Assembly (NCBI GenBank): GCA_045545475.1
Contig: JAZQAZ010000002.1
Span: forward strand, 1-64,000
Origin: Clostridia bacterium
Lineage (GTDB): Bacteria > Bacillota > Clostridia > CAKSNL01 > HGM11501
Direction: 5' to 3'
Length of the DNA: 64,000 bases
Below are positions 58,435 to 64,000 of this stretch, piece after piece. Within the stretch, counting starts at the first letter, position 1, and every line of letters begins with the position of its first letter. Under the pieces are notes generated by a model. The model had not been told where the DNA came from, ran no database searches, and worked only from the letters and a program-made list of their open reading frames with translations. Position numbers and translations under genes: made by a program.

Positions 58435-60126
58435 ATGGGAAAGATTAATTTAAAGCTCAACGAAGTTGAAAAATTTGACTCTATTAAAGATATGCTTAAT
58501 AAGGCAGTTGCCGCTTGCGGTGATAAGCCATTATATAAGTGGAGAGACGGTAAGGAAATAAAGTCTGCTTCCTACAACGAATTCAGAAAGACCGTTGACT
58601 ATCTCGGAACAGCACTTTCTTCCATCGGTATGGCAACAAAGCACGTTGCAACATCCGGTGAAAACAGCTATAACTGGATTTGCACTTACCTCGCAATGCT
58701 TATGTCCGAAGGCGTTTTCGTTCCCATTGACAAGGAAATGCCCATTGACGATATGGTCAGAGTTGTAAACAACTCCGACAGTGAAGTGTTCTTCTACGCA
58801 TCAAAGTTTGAGGATATTTTCCACGAAAGAGAAGCGGAATTCACTAACATCAAGTACTTCATCGGCTTTGACCGTGAAGAGGACGAGGGGAAGTTCTTAT
58901 CCTATAAAAAGTTCCTTGAAAAGGGCAAAAAGCTCTACGAAGAAGGGGACAGAAGCTACGTTGATATGCAGGGCGATCAGAACGTACTTAAGATGCTTAT
59001 CTACACCTCCGGTACAACAGGAGATCCCAAGGGTGTTATGCTTTCTGAGCACAATCTTTGTTCCATGATTTACTACGGAATGCAGGTATCAAGTATTTCA
59101 ACAGTTGAGCTTGCAGTACTTCCTTTCCATCACACATACGAGGCTGTTCCCGGAATACTTGTTGGTATTCACGGCCACGCTACAATGTGCATAAATGCAC
59201 AGCTTACTCAGGTTCTTAAGAATATGCAGGAGTTTAAGCCTGACTATATGTATATAGTTCCCGCTTTTGCGGAGCTTTTCTATAAAAAGATATGGGAAGC
59301 AGCTAAAAAAGGCGGTAAGGAAAAGGGACTTAAGATTTTAATCAAGGTAAGTAACTTCTTAAGGAAGTTCGGAATTGACCTTCGTAAGAAGTTCTTTAAG
59401 ACAATTCACGAGTCTTTTGGCGGGAACCTTTTCAAGCTCATCTGCGGCGGTGCTCCCGTTCGTGCAGAGCTTGGCGAGTTCTTTGACAGCATCGGTATTT
59501 TCCTTATGAACGGTTACGGCATTTCTGAATGTTCTCCCTTAATCGCCGTTAACAGAAGAGAACATAATGACTGTACAACAGTTGGTTTCGTGCTTCCCTG
59601 CCTTGAAATGAAGCTTCTTGACGAGACAGAAGAAGGCATCGGAGAAATCTGCGTTAAGGGTGACAACGTAATGCTTGGCTATTACAAGCGTCCCGACCTT
59701 ACAGAGGAAGCTATTAAGGACGGTTGGTTTGCAACAGGCGACTATGGAAAGCTTGATCCCGAAGGAAGACTCAAGATTACAGGCCGTAAGAAGAATATGA
59801 TTGTTTTAACCAACGGTAAAAACGTATATCCCGAAGAGCTTGAAGAGCAGATTGGTAACCTTGATTATGTTAAGGAAGTAGTGGTATATGCAATCCCCGA
59901 TGAAAACGGTCAGGAAGATGCCCTTCAGGCAGAGGTATTCCTTGATGAAGATTTAGTTAAGGCGATGGCAGAGGAAAACATTGAAGCACGCCTTATGAAG
60001 GACATCAACGAAACCTTCAAAGATTACCCCAGATATAAGCAGATTGCAAAGGTTAAAATCAGAGATAAGGAATTTATCAAGAATTCCTCCAACAAGATTA
60101 AGAGAAACTTAATCGGTAAAGAGTGA
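58435..60126 (+). CDS. Long-chain acyl-CoA synthetase (AMP-binding family), second homolog
   Basis: YTSGTTGDPKGVML, LPFHHTYE, NGYGISECSP, WFATGDYG, GRKKNMIVLTNGKNVYPEE. Confidence 0.9.
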   Translation: MGKINLKLNEVEKFDSIKDMLNKAVAACGDKPLYKWRDGKEIKSASYNEFRKTVDYLGTALSSIGMATKHVATSGENSYNWICTYLAMLMSEGVFVPIDKEMPIDDMVRVVNNSDSEVFFYASKFEDIFHEREAEFTNIKYFIGFDREEDEGKFLSYKKFLEKGKKLYEEGDRSYVDMQGDQNVLKMLIYTSGTTGDPKGVMLSEHNLCSMIYYGMQVSSISTVELAVLPFHHTYEAVPGILVGIHGHATMCINAQLTQVLKNMQEFKPDYMYIVPAFAELFYKKIWEAAKKGGKEKGLKILIKVSNFLRKFGIDLRKKFFKTIHESFGGNLFKLICGGAPVRAELGEFFDSIGIFLMNGYGISECSPLIAVNRREHNDCTTVGFVLPCLEMKLLDETEEGIGEICVKGDNVMLGYYKRPDLTEEAIKDGWFATGDYGKLDPEGRLKITGRKKNMIVLTNGKNVYPEELEEQIGNLDYVKEVVVYAIPDENGQEDALQAEVFLDEDLVKAMAEENIEARLMKDINETFKDYPRYKQIAKVKIRDKEFIKNSSNKIKRNLIGKE

Positions 60127-60130
60127 GTGA

Positions 60131-60171
60131 AAAAAGCACCTGTTCAATTAAAAGTTGAACAGGTGCTTTTT
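60131..60171 (+). terminator. Terminator after the acyl-CoA synthetase
   Basis: aaaaagcacctgttcaat...gttgaacaggtgcttttt. Confidence 0.85.
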
Positions 60172-60233
60172 ATGAAATATTAGGGCAAGTTACGTATTGT
60201 CCGGTTGTATTGTAATAATTTGTGTGTTAAGAT

Positions 60234-60335
60234 GAGATTCTTCACTGCGTTCAGAATGACAATATTGCCTTCTTCTGTCATTCTGACGTTTCTCATACTA
60301 TGTCATTATGAAGGAGCTTGCGACTGAAGAATCTC
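60234..60335. repeat. Inverted pair of TGTCATT..GAAGAATCTC palindromic (REP-like) units
   Basis: gagattcttcactgcgttcagaatgaca (60234-60261), partial tgtcattctga (60276-60286), tgtcattatgaaggagcttgcgactgaagaatctc (60301-60335). Confidence 0.7.
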
Positions 60336-60436
60336 TTTCATAACAAATGAGTAGCATTTGGGTTATAAATAAAAAACTGGACAAGAGGAAAATTTTGTGA
60401 TAGGATGTTTATATCAAAAGTATCGGAGGGATAAAA

Positions 60437-62212
60437 ATGCTTAAAAAGATCGGCTCATTTTTGCTTATAGCAGTTATGCTTATGGCGGTATTGACACCGC
60501 TTACAATAGTGGCGGCTCAAAGCGGAAAATGCGGAGATAATCTAACATGGACGCTGGATGATGCCGGTACGCTTACCATTGCGGGCTCAGGAGATATGTG
60601 GAACTGGGAACTTGGTGGGTCTCCGTGGTCCAGTTTTAAAACTCCTATAAATAGGGTTGTAATAATTTATGGGGTGACAAGCATAGGAAACTATGCATTC
60701 TATGCTTGTAATCTCACGGCAATAAGTATACCGCAAAGTGTGACAAGCATAGGGGATGGGGCGTTCGATTTTTGCAAAATTCTCACATCGATAAACATCC
60801 CATCAAGCGTGACAAGCATAGGTGAAAGGGCGTTTTCTTTTTGCGATAGATTGGTGGCAATCTTTGTGGATGACAACAATCAAAATTATTGTAGTATAAA
60901 CGGAGTTCTTTTCAGTAAAGATAAAAAAATTGTTTTGTGCTATCCAGCAGGTAAAAGGGAAGCTAATTATACAATTCATGAAGGAGTAACCGACATAGGC
61001 GAATATGCTTTCTTTTGTTGCAAAAGCCTTACGTCCATAAGCATTCCGTCAAGCGTAACAACGATAGAAGATTGGGCGTTTGCTTTTTGCGACAGCCTCA
61101 TGACAATAAGCATTCCGCCATGCGTGAAGAGCATAGGTGAATATGTGTTCTATAGTTGCGACAGCCTCACGACAATAAACATCCCATCAAGCGTGACAAG
61201 CATAGGGGATGGGGCGTTCGGTTGGTGCGAAAGCCTCACATCGATAAACATCCCATCAAGCGTGACAAGCATAGGGGATGGGGCATTCTCTTATTGCGAC
61301 AGCCTCGTGGCGATATTGGTTAACAGCAGCAACACTGAATATTCAAATGATGAATATGGAGTGCTTTTTAATAAAAATAAAACAAAAATTATACAATATC
61401 CGAACGGACGTAAGGAAACTACATATACCATTCCGTCAAGCGTGACAAGCATAGGGAATAACGCGTTTGAGTTTTGCAAAGGCCTCACGTCAATAAGCAT
61501 TCCATCAAGCGTGACAAGCATAGGGGAAGAGGCGTTCTCTTATTGCGACAGCCTCACCTCAATAAGTATCCCTGACAGCGTAACAAGCATAGGGGAAGAG
61601 GCGTTCTCTTATTGCGACAGCCTCACATCGATAAAGATACCGTTTAGCGTAACGTACATAGGGGGAGACGCATTCTACAAGTGCAGAAGACTCACCGACA
61701 TATATTACGCCGGAAGTGAAGCAATGTGGGAAACTTTAGCAAAAGATGTCGAAGTTCCTGATACTACAAAAGTTCATTACTATTCTGTTGCACCGGGAAC
61801 GGTTATAGGCTCGGCGCTTCGCACAAACATAACTGCGGCGATAAACGGCCATGCAATTCCTTCGTTTAATGTTGACGGCTATACATACATAGTGGCAGAA
61901 GACCTTAAGGATTATGGGTTTGCTGTGTACTTTGACAATTCAACACGGACCCTTGCTATAAATCGTGACAATTCAAAGACAGACGTTACAAGAAACTATG
62001 TGAAACCTTATGTTCCAAAGAGCGAAGTGGGAATAAAAGAGCACAACATTGTGGCAACGGACATAGTGACTTATCTCGACAATAACTACGCTCAAAGCTA
62101 TAATATAAACGGACTTACGATAATCCCGTTTAATGAGCTTGGAAGATACGGCGCTGTTTATTACGACAACGCTACCCGTGTGATAAGTGTAACCATTCCC
62201 GGACTCAATTAA
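60437..62212 (+). CDS. Secreted BspA-type leucine-rich-repeat (LRR_5) surface protein with C-terminal stalk-like domain
   Basis: Signal peptide, SGKCGDNLTWTL cap, about 12 'VTSIGxxAFxxCxSLTSIxIPxS' repeats, two GVLF.K.K...YP inserts, C-terminal duplicated 'T.I..ING..IPS.N..G.T.I..E.L..YG..V.(F/Y)DN.TR'. Confidence 0.9.
   Translation: MLKKIGSFLLIAVMLMAVLTPLTIVAAQSGKCGDNLTWTLDDAGTLTIAGSGDMWNWELGGSPWSSFKTPINRVVIIYGVTSIGNYAFYACNLTAISIPQSVTSIGDGAFDFCKILTSINIPSSVTSIGERAFSFCDRLVAIFVDDNNQNYCSINGVLFSKDKKIVLCYPAGKREANYTIHEGVTDIGEYAFFCCKSLTSISIPSSVTTIEDWAFAFCDSLMTISIPPCVKSIGEYVFYSCDSLTTINIPSSVTSIGDGAFGWCESLTSINIPSSVTSIGDGAFSYCDSLVAILVNSSNTEYSNDEYGVLFNKNKTKIIQYPNGRKETTYTIPSSVTSIGNNAFEFCKGLTSISIPSSVTSIGEEAFSYCDSLTSISIPDSVTSIGEEAFSYCDSLTSIKIPFSVTYIGGDAFYKCRRLTDIYYAGSEAMWETLAKDVEVPDTTKVHYYSVAPGTVIGSALRTNITAAINGHAIPSFNVDGYTYIVAEDLKDYGFAVYFDNSTRTLAINRDNSKTDVTRNYVKPYVPKSEVGIKEHNIVATDIVTYLDNNYAQSYNINGLTIIPFNELGRYGAVYYDNATRVISVTIPGLN
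60674..61710 (+). repeat. 69-bp intragenic tandem repeats encoding the LRR units
   Basis: Recurrent gtgacaagcatagg...gc(g/a)tt...tgc...ctcac...cc(a/g)tcaagc. Confidence 0.9.
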
Positions 62213-62216
62213 AAGC

Positions 62217-62253
62217 AAAAGCCTCACTTTTTAGAAAAAAGTGGGGCTTTTTT
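62217..62253 (+). terminator. Terminator after the LRR gene
   Basis: aaaagcctcacttttt-aga-aaaaagtggggctttttt. Confidence 0.8.
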
Positions 62254-62254
62254 A

Positions 62255-62283
62255 TTGACTAAACAAGGGCGGTGTAGTATAAT
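62255..62283 (+). promoter_or_regulatory. Sigma-A promoter of the GH106-like gene
   Basis: TTGACT(62255)-17-TATAAT(62278). Confidence 0.7.
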
Positions 62284-62314
62284 TATCCTTGTAAAAATAA
62301 AGGGGAGGGTTAAC

Positions 62315-64000
62315 ATGAATAAGACTTATGCTCTTATAGAAAAACTGAAAACTCCGGCTCGTGAGTTTTCTCCCATGCCTTTCTGGTTTTTAAATGACGA
62401 CTTTACCGATGAGGAAATTATCCGTCAGCTTACAGACTTTAATGCTCACGGTGTTCACGGTGTTGTTCTTCACCCCAGAATTGGCGTGCCGGAATCAATT
62501 CAGTATTTATCCGATAAATTTATGCACTTTATGAAGGTGGCTGTGGAAAATGCCGCACGCCTTGATATGAAGGTTATTTTATATGATGAGGCAATGTATC
62601 CTTCGGGAAGTGCCCATGGTTTGGTTGTTGCTGCAAACCCCAAGTTTGCATCCCAGGCAATTATCCTTGCCGATAACACAGACGAAGGAAAGCTCATCTG
62701 CAAAACCGAAAGCGGAAAGTACATAATGCAGGTAAACAGTAACGGCAAGATTAGAGGTATTCACTTCGGTGAGGACGACGGACAGCCGAATGCTCCTTTG
62801 GCAGCAGACCTTCTTAATCAGGAATCTGTTAATAAGTTTATTGAGCTTACCCACGAGCGTTATTATGCCGAGGTTAAGAAATATTTCGGAAACACTGTAA
62901 TCGGCTTTTTCACCGACGAGCCTTCATCCCTGGGAAGAGGAGCAAGAAGAGGATGCTTCCCCTGGACATGGGGCTTTGAGGATGTAATAACCTCTCTCGG
63001 CGGAAAGCTTTCCGACCTTGAAGGTCTTTATACAGGCGAAAATAACGAAACCATCGAAATTTATAAAAAGGCACTTTTTGACCGTGAAAACGATATTTAC
63101 TATAAGAGTCTTTCCGCCTGGTGCGAAAACCACGGCATCGCTCTTATGGGACATCCCCACAAGGGTGACGATATCGAGTGCGAAAAATACTTCCAAGTTC
63201 CGGGTCAGGACATCGTTTTAAGATGGATTGCTCCCGAAAAGGGCGGTCTTTCAGGCGGTAACGAATCGGCTCAGGGTAAATGCTCTGCCGATGCCGCAAG
63301 GGTCATGGGACGCAGAAGAAACTCCAACGAGTGCTACGGTGCCTGCTGTAAGGATAACATTCCCTGGAATTTCAACGGCGGTGACCTTAAGTGGTATACC
63401 GACTGGCTGGGCGTAAGAGGTGTAAACTTCTTCATTCCTCACGCTTTTTACTACAGCGTAACAGAAAAAAGAAAGGACGAACGTCCCCCGGATGTAGGTC
63501 CCAACAATATCTGGTGGAAGCACTTTGACACCATCGCAACCTACATAAAGAGAATTTCCTGCCTTATGACAGATTCTAAAAATGCCACAAAGCTGGTTGT
63601 TCCCTGCAAAAACCGTGAGCTTTCCATTGACGAGGTTGCTCCTCTTTATGAAAATCAGGTGGAATTCAACTATGTTCCCGAAAGCTTCATAACAGAGGAA
63701 AATGTAAAAGATGGAGTTCTTACAATCGGTGAAAACAGCTACGAATATGCTTACTGCGATAAAAACGGCGTTCTTCCCACATTGAAGCAGGCGAAGGATA
63801 TTTCGGAACTTCCAGAAAGAACGGTTTATCTTGATAAGCCCTTCAAGGACCTTAGAGCAACCCACATTATAAAGGACGGAGTTGACGTATTCTTCTTTAC
63901 AAACGAGGGCGAAGAAGAAATTTCTGCAAAGGCTAAAGTGGATGCAGCAGGCCAGCTTGTTGCAATGGATTTCTGGAAGGGCACGGTTAAGGAAATAAGC
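62315..64000 (+). CDS. GH106-like (alpha-L-rhamnosidase-like) glycoside hydrolase, 3' end beyond the window
   Basis: Hand translation from ATG 62315 (SD GGGGAGG): MNKTYALIEKLKTPAREFSPMPFWFLND...VVLHPRIG...YLSDKF...ILYDEAMYPSGSAHG...GFFTDEP...HAFYYS...RPPDVG; absent from the ORF track, consistent with no stop inside the window. Confidence 0.8.
   Translation, partial: MNKTYALIEKLKTPAREFSPMPFWFLNDDFTDEEIIRQLTDFNAHGVHGVVLHPRIGVPESIQYLSDKFMHFMKVAVENAARLDMKVILYDEAMYPSGSAHGLVVAANPKFASQAIILADNTDEGKLICKTESGKYIMQVNSNGKIRGIHFGEDDGQPNAPLAADLLNQESVNKFIELTHERYYAEVKKYFGNTVIGFFTDEPSSLGRGARRGCFPWTWGFEDVITSLGGKLSDLEGLYTGENNETIEIYKKALFDRENDIYYKSLSAWCENHGIALMGHPHKGDDIECEKYFQVPGQDIVLRWIAPEKGGLSGGNESAQGKCSADAARVMGRRRNSNECYGACCKDNIPWNFNGGDLKWYTDWLGVRGVNFFIPHAFYYSVTEKRKDERPPDVGPNNIWWKHFDTIATYIKRISCLMTDSKNATKLVVPCKNRELSIDEVAPLYENQVEFNYVPESFITEENVKDGVLTIGENSYEYAYCDKNGVLPTLKQAKDISELPERTVYLDKPFKDLRATHIIKDGVDVFFFTNEGEEEISAKAKVDAAGQLVAMDFWKGTVKEIS

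Noticed and set aside
60674-61710. CRISPR array or diversity-generating retroelement at the 69-bp repeats
   Set aside because: The repeats are in-frame LRR codons without unique spacers. Differences include third codon positions and T/G or T/C changes that do not fit a simple adenine-only AAY template, and no RT or template repeat is in the window.
881-63865. Many antisense or alternate-frame ORFs (e.g. 881-1414, 2238-2831, 9158-9739, 22105-22752, 24340-25059, 36274-36924, 63251-63865)
   Set aside because: They lie over well-supported genes, lack SD sites and motifs, and look like shadow frames.

Overview
Low-GC Bacillota (Clostridia-like) chromosomal window. The taxon is inferred from SpoVG, RemA, YneA, GAAC-N4-GTTC SOS boxes, sigma-A promoters and stalk-domain surface proteins. 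About 1-31.7 kb is conserved housekeeping: cysteine desulfurase/DUF3343, CdaR-ftsE-ftsX-M23-ctpA, murC, spoVG, pth, mfd, prsA, yicC-remA-gmk-rpoZ-priA-def-fmt-rsmB-rlmN-stp1-pknB-rsgA-rpe-thiN, an acyl-CoA ligase and lexA/yneA. About 32-64 kb is accessory. It holds a tandemly duplicated two-gene cassette (secreted CBM6-like/GH99-like enzyme plus a non-catalytic 3-4x CBM32 protein, both ending in a copper-amine-oxidase-type stalk domain), an AraC-esterase-uxaBAC locus, AraC/GH4, pdxK/PdxR, TPP riboswitch-thiT, orphan genes, a BspA-type LRR protein with hypervariable positions, and a GH106-like gene running off the end that the ORF track misses. Four intergenic multi-hairpin elements and one candidate small structured RNA are not explained by the genes. 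No tRNA, rRNA, CRISPR array, transposase or reverse transcriptase was seen. All family calls are by eye from motifs and gene context; no searches were run.
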